DNA of 64,000 nt, from positions 186,001-250,000 of IMG/VR virus record IMGVR_UViG_3300017917_001123; one strand, written 5' to 3'. Shown here piece by piece: positions 28,667 to 37,897 of the stretch (position 1 is the stretch's first letter; each line of letters begins with the position of its first letter). The notes beneath the pieces were generated by a model. The model did no database searches, had not been told where the DNA came from, and saw only the letters and a program-made list of their open reading frames with translations. A program made the position numbers and the translations under genes.

Positions 28667-29494
28667 ATGTTTTATAAATTCAAACCAGGCCCATACGAGC
28701 CAGCAACTCCAAAAGCAAATCAACCCTTGACTTTTAGCCAGACATGGACGTTTGGGGACATCATTTACTCTATGATTCCTATTAGACTTCTAGGGGGCGG
28801 TGAATTTTACCTACGCCTAGAAAACCTGGACAATCTATGTAAAAACGTCATTGGTTGGCCCAACGGTGGCACACACTCGGGTCGTATGCGCCAAAAAGAC
28901 TTTGAACTACTAGCACCCCTAATCGAAGCACAGCCCTATATTAAAAAGTGGGCAGTATGGAACGGGGAAGAAATCACTCATCCTTTGGATAATATCTGTT
29001 GCTGGTTCTATGGCAACGTCATTGACAAGGGACACTATGGGCGCCTGTACAGCCTAGCCGTTGGTCTCGACCCTGACCAGTGGGAACCAGAAATTACTCG
29101 TCCTTGGCTGACCAACGTTAAAAAGACTCACGTAGCGGGTAAACACATTGTGATCAGCAAGACTGATCGCTATGGCAACGGACAGGTACATCCAGTATGG
29201 CAGCGGATTGTTTCTGATGAGTGGTACAAACAGGCTGTATTTGTGGGCACCAAAGAAGAACATCAGGCCTACGAAGAAGACTTTAAAATTTCAATTCAAC
29301 ATTATCCTACAGAAGACCTACTAGAGCTAGCAGAAGTTATCAACGGCGCAGAGCTCTACATCGGAAACCAATCCGTGGGCATGGCCATTGCTCAGGGCTT
29401 GGGTGTTAATTTCTGGTGTGATCACCGCAAGGACAACTGTACTCTAGAAGGTTGCGAAACTTACTTCCGGAGACCAAATGGATCATACTTCTAA
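28667..29494 (+). CDS. GT-B glycosyltransferase, family 9 (heptosyltransferase)-like
   Basis: FGDIIYS, LIEAQPYI, DLLELAEVINGAELYIGNQS...IAQGLG motifs. Confidence 0.75.
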   Translation: MFYKFKPGPYEPATPKANQPLTFSQTWTFGDIIYSMIPIRLLGGGEFYLRLENLDNLCKNVIGWPNGGTHSGRMRQKDFELLAPLIEAQPYIKKWAVWNGEEITHPLDNICCWFYGNVIDKGHYGRLYSLAVGLDPDQWEPEITRPWLTNVKKTHVAGKHIVISKTDRYGNGQVHPVWQRIVSDEWYKQAVFVGTKEEHQAYEEDFKISIQHYPTEDLLELAEVINGAELYIGNQSVGMAIAQGLGVNFWCDHRKDNCTLEGCETYFRRPNGSYF

Positions 29495-30077
29495 TCGTAC
29501 ACCAATCAATTTAGACTCAAACGGTGACGAAATCACCTTTGAGGGCTGGGAATTACTGTATCGTAGCTTTTACGATCTGTGGCTCAGCCCCTGTAAGACC
29601 TATCTAGTTGAGCACTACCCGCACGGTAATCGTGAAACAGACCGACTGATGAAAACTGCTCACAATCAGGCCTGTTTTATACACGACTCGAAACTGCGTA
29701 ACATTAACCGCATGGGCCAGATCATAGGTGTCAAGAACTGGGAATATATGCTGGTCCATGAATTTACCGGCTGTCATTGGTATGGCAACGAAGATTGGCC
29801 CGAGGACTTTCCCCAACTACTTAAAGATCTAGAACGAGCAGAAGTAGCGTGGCCCACAATCAAGCCAGCTAATCTATACCGCAATCCCGAAGGTGAACTG
29901 CGCTGTATAGCACCCGCCCTGGCACAGGAATACCAATCACAGCCCACTAACCTACGCTTCTGGGGTCAATACCTAGACCGCGACGAGGAGCGTGAGATCA
30001 ATCAACTGCCCATTCAGGACAACTATCTAGATTTTAGAATTTGGATGGATCAGAAGTTCGGGCCGGCACTCCTGTAA
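29478..30077 (+). CDS. Kinase-like fold protein, probably catalytically degenerate
   Basis: WPTIKPANLYRNPEGELRCIAP resembles HRDIKPxN...LIDF but lacks the aspartates. Confidence 0.4.
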   Translation: MDHTSNRTPINLDSNGDEITFEGWELLYRSFYDLWLSPCKTYLVEHYPHGNRETDRLMKTAHNQACFIHDSKLRNINRMGQIIGVKNWEYMLVHEFTGCHWYGNEDWPEDFPQLLKDLERAEVAWPTIKPANLYRNPEGELRCIAPALAQEYQSQPTNLRFWGQYLDRDEEREINQLPIQDNYLDFRIWMDQKFGPALL

Positions 30078-30108
30078 ACAGCGGCGAAGCCGCGGTAGCG
30101 CACTACGC

Positions 30109-30138
30109 AAAAAATTAGGGCCTTTAAAGCCCTATTTT
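30109..30138. terminator. Bidirectional terminator between convergent genes
   Basis: A run, TAGGGC-ctttaaa-GCCCTA, T run. An adjacent GCGGC-GAA-GCCGC hairpin starts at 30081. Confidence 0.65.
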
Positions 30139-30349
30139 ATTCACTCTTAAGTCCCCAGCGTATCCGCAACCATATCCGCTCGTGTATATAGTAGTCTATG
30201 CTTAATAATACATGTAGAGCAGTAGCAAATCCCGTAGCACTAGCCAAGTTCCCGGTAAACATCCAAGTCCATAGAATAGTAAACAACCATGCTGTTAAGC
30301 GATAGGTCAGCATACGAACTAGGGTGCGTTGATGTGTTTCCTGTATCAT
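30137..30349 (-). CDS. DUF2061-like small membrane protein
   Basis: ETHQRTLVRMLTYR...YYIHERIW..I.WG. Confidence 0.75.
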   Translation of the reverse strand: MIQETHQRTLVRMLTYRLTAWLFTILWTWMFTGNLASATGFATALHVLLSIDYYIHERIWLRIRWGLKSE

Positions 30350-30576
30350 TTCTGTAGTGAATTAATGTGATCCAGTTTGGTCTGATACTGGGTGATCTGA
30401 TTGTTAATACGCTGTATGCTGAGCTCGATATCCTGTATGCGCTTGCGAGTATCAAAACTAACGTGCAGTGGATTCTCCGGCAGACCCGAGCGTATGCTTT
30501 CTAAGTAAGCAGTAATCTTTGTTTTACGTTGCTCTAACAATTTAATGTGAGCTGATATTTTGGCGGCTAGGAACAT
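30346..30576 (-). CDS. Small coiled-coil protein
   Basis: Heptad-like sequence, coupled to the downstream gene. Confidence 0.55.
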   Translation of the reverse strand: MFLAAKISAHIKLLEQRKTKITAYLESIRSGLPENPLHVSFDTRKRIQDIELSIQRINNQITQYQTKLDHINSLQK

Positions 30577-30580
30577 AAAC

Positions 30581-30781
30581 TTAGTTAGTCCAGCGTAGAA
30601 CGTACATGGTAAGATCTGACTCGCGAGCAAACTCAATACAGTAGTTAGATCCTACTTGTACATAGTTCCACCCGGGTGTATAACGATCTAGCCATGATTC
30701 TAACTCTACCCACTGGTTAAACCAATTGTTGTCTACTATACCGTTATTGTGTAGGAAGTCACATTTGATGCGTGTTGCCAT
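30581..30781 (-). CDS. Small protein, paralog of 30792..31055
   Basis: Shared ELESWL and F...D.TM(F/Y)VL(K/R)W motifs. TAAATA upstream. Confidence 0.65.
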   Translation of the reverse strand: MATRIKCDFLHNNGIVDNNWFNQWVELESWLDRYTPGWNYVQVGSNYCIEFARESDLTMYVLRWTN

Positions 30782-30791
30782 AGTCAAGTAT

Positions 30792-31055
30792 TTAAGATGA
30801 CCATTTAAGCACAAACATAGTTCGATCACGGGCTAGAGCAAAGGCTACGCAGGCTTGCCAATATTCCTGCTCTTGTGTAGTAGCGTAGGCCCAGCGTGAG
30901 TAATGAGGACCAACAAAACGTTCTAGCCACGACTCTAGCTCTAAGACAGAGTCTACCCAATCTATCTGTAATGAGGGCCCCGAGAGTTTAGGCCACGGTG
31001 CTACAGCTATGTGGGGAAAATACGGTTGTATAGGATGATCTATAATACAGCGCAT
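30792..31055 (-). CDS. Small protein, paralog of 30581..30781
   Basis: Same motifs. TAAATA 7 nt upstream of the ATG. Confidence 0.65.
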   Translation of the reverse strand: MRCIIDHPIQPYFPHIAVAPWPKLSGPSLQIDWVDSVLELESWLERFVGPHYSRWAYATTQEQEYWQACVAFALARDRTMFVLKWSS

Positions 31056-31445
31056 GATGAAATATTTACATCGAGACTGTATTCTACTGTACAAAGGCCG
31101 CTATAGCAGCCTAATTTTCGCTAGCGCAAAAATTTTTAAAACCCGATTTCACACATATACATCAATATTTGTGCCCTTGGGTCTACGGTTTTTTCGATCG
31201 AATTGATATTGAAGTGTTAGATAACGATACATAGACTTAGTTATCAGGCCGGTCTATGCACAGAGTAAAAATTTTGCTGTAAAAAATTCACCATTGGTCA
31301 AGATCTCGGCCCCTGGTGATCTAGTCTAACTCATGGTTGAATTTTTGGCATGCCCGCAAAAGTTGCGCTTGCTTGCTTGTTAAAAAGGGACCCCAGGTAC
31401 CCCCAGAGCCCCCCACCGGTCGCCCTCTCGGGCTCTCTCACCACC

Positions 31446-31736
31446 TCAGACCAGTTCTTCGTCTACGGCCTTAAGGTCGAAGTCAAAGCCTTCTGCTTCC
31501 AGCTCAGCGATCGCTTCGTTGAACAGACTCTCTAACTGACGCAGGCTAGCCGCACGGGCCCGGTCCTTTGTACGCTTACGTAGTGCACTGCCCTTAGCGT
31601 AGACTATAGCATAGTGCTCACTACAGTAGCTCTTGCCTGCGAGTGTAGCACAGCCGCAGTAGGGTGTAGGCTTAAGCCTGTTAGACATGTCCTGTGGATC
31701 GTAGTCTGGGCCTAGGTATTGGCATGTGTTAGTCAT
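31446..31736 (-). CDS. GcrA C-terminal-domain-like Zn protein
   Basis: TCQYLG...YCG......SYCSEH..IVY parallels GcrA C.WP.G...FCG...YC..H...AY. Confidence 0.6.
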   Translation of the reverse strand: MTNTCQYLGPDYDPQDMSNRLKPTPYCGCATLAGKSYCSEHYAIVYAKGSALRKRTKDRARAASLRQLESLFNEAIAELEAEGFDFDLKAVDEELV

Positions 31737-31747
31737 AGTGTTAGTCC

Positions 31748-32617
31748 TTAAGCACGACGCATACAAGTAGTCTTAGCCATAGCCTTCCACGTCTTGGGGA
31801 AGCTCTTGCGCAGGTCAGCTACCTTGAGTACCATACGCAGGCTCAGCTCACGAAGTTGGGTTTGGTTAGCTTCAATGAACTCTACGACTTCAGCTTTGAC
31901 TGAGTCTTCGAACTCGTATGAGTCCAGCATGCCTTTGTCGTTTACCACTTGCTTGATGCGGAGGATCTTCTCACGGTTAGTGTCCATCTGCAGATCGATG
32001 TAGTGACAGCGTGACTCAAGCGCATCCAAGTGATCGCGAAGCTTCTTAGACTTTACGTGCTCGAACTTAATATTAGTAATAAAGATAGCCGCACCCTTGA
32101 ACTCGAACTTGTCCGGGATACCTTCTGAACGGAGCAGGCGGCTGTCAGTGTTCCAAGCGATCGTACGCTTCTTGCTGGAGTCCAAGGCACCCTTAAGGAT
32201 GTTCAAGCTGAGGTCGTCGAGCAGTACAGAGTCGCAGTCGTCAAAGACTAGAACGTGCTTGGCATCCGAGAACTCGTAGAGTTTGGCGTACAAGCCCAGA
32301 GCTGACATGGCACCCTTGACGATCTCATACTTGGGCTTGCGCTCGCCAAGTACATCGAACAGGCCGTCTTTGGACAGTACTTCTTCAACACCAAAGCTCT
32401 TGCCCACACCAGGAGGGCCACTGACAATCATAGCACGGACATCACCCGACTTAACGGCCTTGGTCATCTCAGTGAGGATTTCAAAACGCTCGCCCAGGCG
32501 CTCCAGGATCTCTTGATCAGTCTCTTTGTTAACTTCTGCTTCACGGGCTTTGATAGCGTCCGTGTCGAATTCTAGAATAGTTGCGCCCTTGCTAGCTTTT
32601 GCGGTTGCTTTTGCCAT
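31748..32617 (-). CDS. AAA+/P-loop ATPase
   Basis: GPPGVGKS, LVFDDCD, IFITN, ALESR motifs. Confidence 0.85.
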   Translation of the reverse strand: MAKATAKASKGATILEFDTDAIKAREAEVNKETDQEILERLGERFEILTEMTKAVKSGDVRAMIVSGPPGVGKSFGVEEVLSKDGLFDVLGERKPKYEIVKGAMSALGLYAKLYEFSDAKHVLVFDDCDSVLLDDLSLNILKGALDSSKKRTIAWNTDSRLLRSEGIPDKFEFKGAAIFITNIKFEHVKSKKLRDHLDALESRCHYIDLQMDTNREKILRIKQVVNDKGMLDSYEFEDSVKAEVVEFIEANQTQLRELSLRMVLKVADLRKSFPKTWKAMAKTTCMRRA

Positions 32618-32662
32618 TTGTGGTGTCCTTATGTAGTTGTCTAAGTGTGTATTATACTGCCG

Positions 32663-32884
32663 TTATCGGTAGCTGTCAATCAATTCTTTTACCGAATTGT
32701 CGACTTCGTTGACCTCGTCCAGGAATGCCCAAAGCATCATAGTGATCACAATGCGAGCATCAACGGCGTCTGCTTCGGGGAGTGTGCGGACAAAACGATC
32801 CACATCCTCCCGGGAGCCCATGCCCCAAATCAGATCAGCCAGAATGCGCTGTTTGGCGTTCAGGCCCTCGATCTGGATCATCAT
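32663..32884 (-). CDS. Early hypothetical protein
   Basis: 73 aa, coupled to the upstream gene. Confidence 0.7.
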   Translation of the reverse strand: MMIQIEGLNAKQRILADLIWGMGSREDVDRFVRTLPEADAVDARIVITMMLWAFLDEVNEVDNSVKELIDSYR

Positions 32885-33153
32885 ACTGCCTCCAGCATGT
32901 TAGCTGGCACTCGCCACAGACCCTGTGCGGTACGGACTGTGATGTACTTGATGGCGATCTTTTCCACAGAACCCGTCATGTCCACACCGCGCTTGGTAGA
33001 GTGGAAACGAACGGCCTGCCCAATCTTCAGTGAGCGTTTTACACTCTTCTGGAGGCTAGCACGGGCAAATTTGATGGCATCGATCATGCTTCCCAGTTCA
33101 GTGTCAGTCCAGTTGCCAAACATGATCGCAGAGTTGACTTGCTTGATATCCAT
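32881..33153 (-). CDS. Early hypothetical protein with SH3/KOW-like C-terminus
   Basis: LKIGQAVRF...GSVEKI...WRVPANML. Own promoter and RBS. Confidence 0.75.
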   Translation of the reverse strand: MDIKQVNSAIMFGNWTDTELGSMIDAIKFARASLQKSVKRSLKIGQAVRFHSTKRGVDMTGSVEKIAIKYITVRTAQGLWRVPANMLEAV

Positions 33154-33225
33154 TTGTGAGCTCCTTTGTTTCAGTGTATGTGTGTATTATACGGTCTAGA
33201 ATTGGTTTTGTCAACCAAAGACCCT

Positions 33226-33435
33226 TCAACAATCAGGGTCAAAATCCATCCACTCAGTGAGCTCATCGGGCTGGCCGTCGTCCTCGTATTCGTCTTCGTC
33301 GAGGATGTCGTTGGCACGCATCATATCAGCCACATCGTCTTCACTCATGTAAGCCAGGGCCATCTCTGCGACTGCTTGGGCAGAGATCAAACCTTCGTCC
33401 ATCATCTCAATCAGCTTGTTGGTCTGTGTACGCAT
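33226..33435 (-). CDS. Small very acidic early protein
   Basis: Own promoter and RBS. Ends EWMDFDPDC. Confidence 0.75.
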   Translation of the reverse strand: MRTQTNKLIEMMDEGLISAQAVAEMALAYMSEDDVADMMRANDILDEDEYEDDGQPDELTEWMDFDPDC

Positions 33436-33523
33436 CTTGGGCTCCTTTTGTTTAGTGTATGTGTGTATTATACGGCCAATTTACCAGTTTGTCAACCCCT
33501 TTGACTGTTGTATTTTTGCCACA

Positions 33524-33709
33524 CTAGTCAATCTGTACGTCAATCAGCTTGCCGTCCCTAAAGATGTAGTACTCGTTGATGCGACCGTAATAGGCCCAGA
33601 TACAGCCATTGCCTTCTGTGAGGGTATAGCTGGTGATGCCCTTTTGCTTGAGTTCCTCTGTGACAACCATGACTTCCAGAGGATTGAGCCTAGGATGAAT
33701 GCTGATCAT
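33524..33709 (-). CDS. Early hypothetical protein
   Basis: ATG 33709 follows the upstream stop. Confidence 0.6.
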   Translation of the reverse strand: MISIHPRLNPLEVMVVTEELKQKGITSYTLTEGNGCIWAYYGRINEYYIFRDGKLIDVQID

Positions 33710-33710
33710 A

Positions 33711-33959
33711 TCAACCCCAGTCCTTCTTGTCGCCGTTGCGTTCGTTGTCGTCGTATCCGGCCATGTACTCAGTGACTTCATCCTCAGTCAAGTCAGTGAC
33801 TTCTGGGAAGTTGTAGGTACCGTTGGGGAACCAGTGAGGCTTAGGGCCACGGCCGTAATAGCTGTCGGCACTTCCACGATCGTAGAGGCTACCATGACGA
33901 CCACGATCAAACTGGACGCCCTTAAGGGCACGAACAACCTTTTCCTTTTCGGTAAACAT
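33711..33959 (-). CDS. Early hypothetical protein
   Basis: HGSLYDRGSADSYYGR...EYMAGY. Confidence 0.75.
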   Translation of the reverse strand: MFTEKEKVVRALKGVQFDRGRHGSLYDRGSADSYYGRGPKPHWFPNGTYNFPEVTDLTEDEVTEYMAGYDDNERNGDKKDWG

Positions 33960-34135
33960 TAGATTTCCTCCTTGATCATCAGTGTGCCCATGTACATCAA
34001 CATCAGGCTAGTCACTGCCACGCCAATGCTGGCAATCAGGTGCGATGTTTCGATGCTGTTCTCAACACCACCGACTCCGAAGCCTGCGCCAACCAAGCCA
34101 ACGATAAATGCCACTGCGCCAATCTTTTGTTTCAT
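33959..34135 (-). CDS. Small two-TM membrane protein
   Basis: Two hydrophobic segments. Own promoter and RBS. Confidence 0.7.
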   Translation of the reverse strand: MKQKIGAVAFIVGLVGAGFGVGGVENSIETSHLIASIGVAVTSLMLMYMGTLMIKEEI

Positions 34136-34316
34136 ATTCAGCTCCTGTTTGTTTAGTGTATGTGTGTAGTATAGCTTCAATTTACCACTTTGTCAACCGT
34201 TTTTAGGACCTGTTGTGTAAAAACAACACCCCCTTCGATTCGCTGATAAAGCTCTGCGACTGCCTGTACATAGAAACGCATAATGCGGCCCTTGCTGGTA
34301 ATCAGTGTGTATTCCA

Positions 34317-34493
34317 TCAACGATCCTTCATACGCTTGAACACAGCCATCATCTCTTTGTCATTCTCCAGCTTCTTGCGGAGCTTCTCCCAAGCACGATC
34401 CTCATCCAAGTGTTCGTTGTTCACAGAACGGCCGTTGCTCAGGTCCATGTTCCGCTTGTCCCACTTGGCCTGTTGCTTCTTGGAAATCTTCAT
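34317..34493 (-). CDS. Small early protein
   Basis: Promoter plus AGGAG. Ends VFKRMKDR. Confidence 0.65.
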   Translation of the reverse strand: MKISKKQQAKWDKRNMDLSNGRSVNNEHLDEDRAWEKLRKKLENDKEMMAVFKRMKDR

Positions 34494-34656
34494 TGCTTTG
34501 CTCCTTGCTATGTGTGTATTATACAACCGGTTTTACCAAATGTCAACCAAAAGATCTGTTGTATTTTTGCCACAAAAGGTGAACCCCGCGTACTTCACAG
34601 TAGGCAGGGTTCGGGGGTTGCCCGGGACACTACCCCCGGGACTTTGGAGCGATCGT

Positions 34657-34932
34657 TTAGAGTGTGATGCCCATTGCTTCGGCTTTGTAGCCTAGAGCAA
34701 CGATACGGCGTGATGGGCGACCCAACTCGTATTCAGTAACGGTAACGCCATTGCCTGCTGTGCGTGAGTTCGCATAAACAGCATAACCAGCTTGGCGGAT
34801 ACGGCTTGCTTCTGCGCTGATGTTGCCAATGCCGAAACGCTTCTTGGCTTCGCTTTGCGTCAACTTCTGACCAGCTTGAAGTGCTGTAAACAATTTACCT
34901 GTTTTTGTTTCTGGATTAATTCTCTTTAACAT
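34657..34932 (-). CDS. Winged helix-turn-helix protein
   Basis: KLFTALQAGQKLTQSEAKKRFGIGNISAEASRIRQAGYAV followed by a beta-wing. Confidence 0.7.
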   Translation of the reverse strand: MLKRINPETKTGKLFTALQAGQKLTQSEAKKRFGIGNISAEASRIRQAGYAVYANSRTAGNGVTVTEYELGRPSRRIVALGYKAEAMGITL

Positions 34933-34987
34933 ATTTTTTTCCTCTATATAAAGGCTGACTACTGCCAGCGTTCTACTATTATAGCAC

Positions 34988-35434
34988 CTAGGCCAGGCCT
35001 TGTCTAGCTTTTTGGAGTTTTTCCTCCTGCGCCATTGCCCAAGCCCGATCAAAATTAGGGCTAGAAACTCTATCTGTAAGCCAATTGGTAAATCCATCAA
35101 TCAAAGGCAGGCGCATAGCTATTTCGTCTGACTTCTCCCACCAACTGTAATCAATATCAGGGCCTTCACGGGTAACACCTACTTGGCGCAGACCTGATTG
35201 CTTGAGCAGGACGGTGTGCTTCCATTTGCGTAGGACAACATCCTCAACCTCACGCCAATGACGTAGTGCCCAGGACTCTACTTCATCGCCCCGCTGTTCT
35301 AGCTCAACAATGAGTCCACGAACAGCATCCAGTCTACGACCAAGGGCTTCAATCTCAGCATCTGCTTGAGCCCAGTCCTTATAGAACTGTGGAGTTACAT
35401 ATTCAACTGTTCTTTTTGATCGAAACATTGGCAC
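34988..35434 (-). CDS. Early hypothetical protein (start uncertain)
   Basis: ORF in minus-strand operon. Confidence 0.55.
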   Translation of the reverse strand: MPMFRSKRTVEYVTPQFYKDWAQADAEIEALGRRLDAVRGLIVELEQRGDEVESWALRHWREVEDVVLRKWKHTVLLKQSGLRQVGVTREGPDIDYSWWEKSDEIAMRLPLIDGFTNWLTDRVSSPNFDRAWAMAQEEKLQKARQGLA

Positions 35435-35606
35435 GGAAGAAGGCTCCTAGGATAACCACGGCAAACCAGTTGTAGAGTGTGTAAGGGTCTTGACCAAGCA
35501 CGCCGGGGAAGAGTTGATTGAATGCCCAGATCGTTAGCAAAGGCCCGATAGCAACCACAAGGATGACTAGAGCAACGACACTGGCGATGGTAAACAGACT
35601 TTTCAT
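35403..35606 (-). CDS. Small membrane protein
   Basis: Two hydrophobic helices. GGAG RBS. Confidence 0.7.
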   Translation of the reverse strand: MKSLFTIASVVALVILVVAIGPLLTIWAFNQLFPGVLGQDPYTLYNWFAVVILGAFFRANVSIKKNS

Positions 35607-35642
35607 GTATTCTCCAAGAAAGGGGCACTCTGGCCCCTACTA

Positions 35643-36080
35643 TCACATCAATGCTGGTTCAGCGTTGGCCAAAATGTCCTCGACCTTAGACATTGCTTCT
35701 GCCTCAGACTGAACAGCAGTCTTGACAGAGGCCTGACCAGTCTTGGTCTTAGCCTTAGCTTCCTTCTTAGCAGGAGCCTTAGCCTTAGCCTTAGTTGCCT
35801 TAGCCTTAGGAGCAGCCTTAGCCGGCTTAGCAGTAACGCCACGCTTGTCAGCCGCCGCTTCGAGAGCCGCTTGGACTTCTTTGTTACCGTTGGCAAAGTC
35901 GATGCTCAACAGGAACGCTACAGCGTCTTCCTTAGACATCGGGTGACGCAACTCGACGATGTCAATGTCCTTGTGGCCATTCTTGGCAAGTACTTTGACA
36001 CGCAGGGCATCGTTACAGAAACGAACCTTGAACTCACCATTCAAGCGCGAAACACCAGCATGAGAAAAAACGTTAGACAT
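35643..36080 (-). CDS. Protein with histone-H1-like Lys/Ala tail
   Basis: AKPAKAAPKAKATKAKAKAPAKK encoded by AAGGCT repeats. Confidence 0.75.
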   Translation of the reverse strand: MSNVFSHAGVSRLNGEFKVRFCNDALRVKVLAKNGHKDIDIVELRHPMSKEDAVAFLLSIDFANGNKEVQAALEAAADKRGVTAKPAKAAPKAKATKAKAKAPAKKEAKAKTKTGQASVKTAVQSEAEAMSKVEDILANAEPALM

Positions 36081-36169
36081 AAAATACCTTTCTGTGTGTG
36101 TTTAAAAAGTTAACAGCAATCTCTTACTGTTTTAATAGTATAGCACCAAAATGCCCAAAAGTCAACCCC

Positions 36170-36340
36170 TTAGGCGCCATAGTAAGGGCTGAATTCCTCA
36201 TCGGATTGTGGCTTAAATGCCACATCTTTGAGTTGTTTAACGGTCCAATCCATTGCCGCCGGATTGGGCTCAAATTCCGGCACTCCGTCCTCAGAAACAT
36301 CGTAGTCCGTGTCCTCGGTGATCATTGCGAAACGACTCAT
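36170..36340 (-). CDS. Small acidic protein (56 aa, not in ORF track)
   Basis: Manual translation MSRFAMITEDTDYDVSEDG...PYYGA. ATGA overlap with the upstream gene. Confidence 0.6.
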   Translation of the reverse strand: MSRFAMITEDTDYDVSEDGVPEFEPNPAAMDWTVKQLKDVAFKPQSDEEFSPYYGA

Positions 36341-36525
36341 AGCTCTACCTCCTCATCAATTACTTCAATGTCAGTGATCCGAAACTCACCTGCGTCTGTG
36401 CTGACCCCACAAAACGCATCTCGGAAACTTTGGTTCTCAGCTAGGAAGTTATAGACATCCTGCTTGTCAGTGCCCTCAGGCACTTCAATCTCTTGCCTAA
36501 GGGTTGTGGTTACCATTACCTTCAT
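36337..36525 (-). CDS. Small acidic protein
   Basis: ATGA-coupled 62 aa ORF. Confidence 0.65.
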   Translation of the reverse strand: MKVMVTTTLRQEIEVPEGTDKQDVYNFLAENQSFRDAFCGVSTDAGEFRITDIEVIDEEVEL

Positions 36526-36908
36526 TCGTCTGCCTCCAGTGCTTCGTGTTCAAACGCATCAGTCAGCAAGCCGTTAAACTCGCCGTAGAACTCAACATAC
36601 CACTTGCCGTCTTTGCGGAGGATGTAGTTGTATTCCTCTCCTTGTGCTTCGCGACGGTACTCTGCGAAGTCCTTGTACATACGCTGAGGGCAGTCCTCGC
36701 CACGTTCCTTGTAGAAAGTACAACCGCTAACAGTTTCGTCCAGCGAGCTCATGTCGCCGTTGTCCAACAGCTCGCGGACCAGGAACGGGTCTGTGTAGTG
36801 GTTCTGCAGAATCTTGCCGTTGTGATCCAAGTAGCCGTCCCAGTGGCAGTAAATTTGACCAACAGTACCGTCTGCGTACTCCAGGGCGATAGTAGAACGA
36901 GTTGCCAT
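36522..36908 (-). CDS. Phage early hypothetical protein
   Basis: MATRSTI...IYCHWDGY..HNG motif. Own promoter. Confidence 0.8.
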   Translation of the reverse strand: MATRSTIALEYADGTVGQIYCHWDGYLDHNGKILQNHYTDPFLVRELLDNGDMSSLDETVSGCTFYKERGEDCPQRMYKDFAEYRREAQGEEYNYILRKDGKWYVEFYGEFNGLLTDAFEHEALEADE

Positions 36909-36989
36909 TTATGAGCTCCTTTTGTTTCAGTGTGTATGTATTATATGACCAATTTACCAGTTTGTCAACCAACCCTACAGCCTGTAGGG

Positions 36990-37352
36990 TTATTGTTGCT
37001 CAAAAGCCACAGTAACGTCGACCTCAATGTCCGTAACATCGCCAGCAAGGTCAAACTTCAAGCCGGTAACAGCCGCGCCGTATTGTGCGGCCTTAAGGCG
37101 GCGCTCAACTTCGTGGCGCAGGTCGCCCAGCATATCGTTGAGAAAGTCCTGTGCGCTGTCTTTAACGCCTTTCAGCGTCTCTTGGATGCCGTTGCGGCTC
37201 ATGTCCTCTTGCCCGTCTACGATCATGTCGATAAACGCTTCGGTCTGACCAACGAGGGCTTGCTCAACAATAGCGTCGATCAGCTCGCGCTTTGCCCACA
37301 GGATCTCGCTGGCCTTAAAGGTCTGCTCACGTGCCTTGTAAACAACAGTCAT
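36990..37352 (-). CDS. Early hypothetical protein
   Basis: Own promoter and RBS. Confidence 0.75.
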   Translation of the reverse strand: MTVVYKAREQTFKASEILWAKRELIDAIVEQALVGQTEAFIDMIVDGQEDMSRNGIQETLKGVKDSAQDFLNDMLGDLRHEVERRLKAAQYGAAVTGLKFDLAGDVTDIEVDVTVAFEQQ

Positions 37353-37409
37353 TTCTTGCTCCTTTTCCTAACTGTCTAGCCTATAGTATAACACCGGTTT
37401 TACCACTTG

Positions 37410-37655
37410 TCAACCGATATCTGCAGTAACCCTGTTCTCTGTAGGGTTATAGGTCAGGAACACTTTGCCAAAGGTAGCACCGCGCCCGTCTTCGTCGTGG
37501 TACTCTACTTTGTAGCAAAACTGTCCGCCGTTGGTTATGCCCAGGAACTTGGCACCCTTGAACGCCATCATCTTGTAACCGCAGGAGTCCAAGGTCATAG
37601 CTAAGGTGTGGGTGCTGTAGCTGGTTAGGAGTTTGAGTGTTTCAGCAGTAATCAT
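37410..37655 (-). CDS. Early hypothetical protein
   Basis: ATGA-coupled. Stop lies in the next promoter's TTGACA. Confidence 0.7.
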   Translation of the reverse strand: MITAETLKLLTSYSTHTLAMTLDSCGYKMMAFKGAKFLGITNGGQFCYKVEYHDEDGRGATFGKVFLTYNPTENRVTADIG

Positions 37656-37897
37656 CCCAGCACCACCACTTCTGTGCCCTCAACAACAGGCTCGCCTTCG
37701 TCATCGTAGTCAAAGTCGTCTTGGTCTACGACCTTGTGCATACGGTGGTAGTCGCTGTACTTGACATAGCCTACCTCTACGCTGTCTACAGTAGGAGCCA
37801 CTTGAGTGCGCCAGTGGTCGCCGTAGTTGTATTGGAAGTGGACTTCGGCGTCCGGGTTCTCCATTTGTAGCAGTTCAATGAGCTCGGAAACTTTCAT
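37652..37897 (-). CDS. Small acidic early protein
   Basis: MKVSELIELL...PDAEV N-terminus. Confidence 0.75.
   Translation of the reverse strand: MKVSELIELLQMENPDAEVHFQYNYGDHWRTQVAPTVDSVEVGYVKYSDYHRMHKVVDQDDFDYDDEGEPVVEGTEVVVLG

Noticed and set aside
35745-35835. AGCCTT tandem repeat as a DNA element
   Set aside because: Explained by Lys-Ala codon repeats in the histone-like tail.
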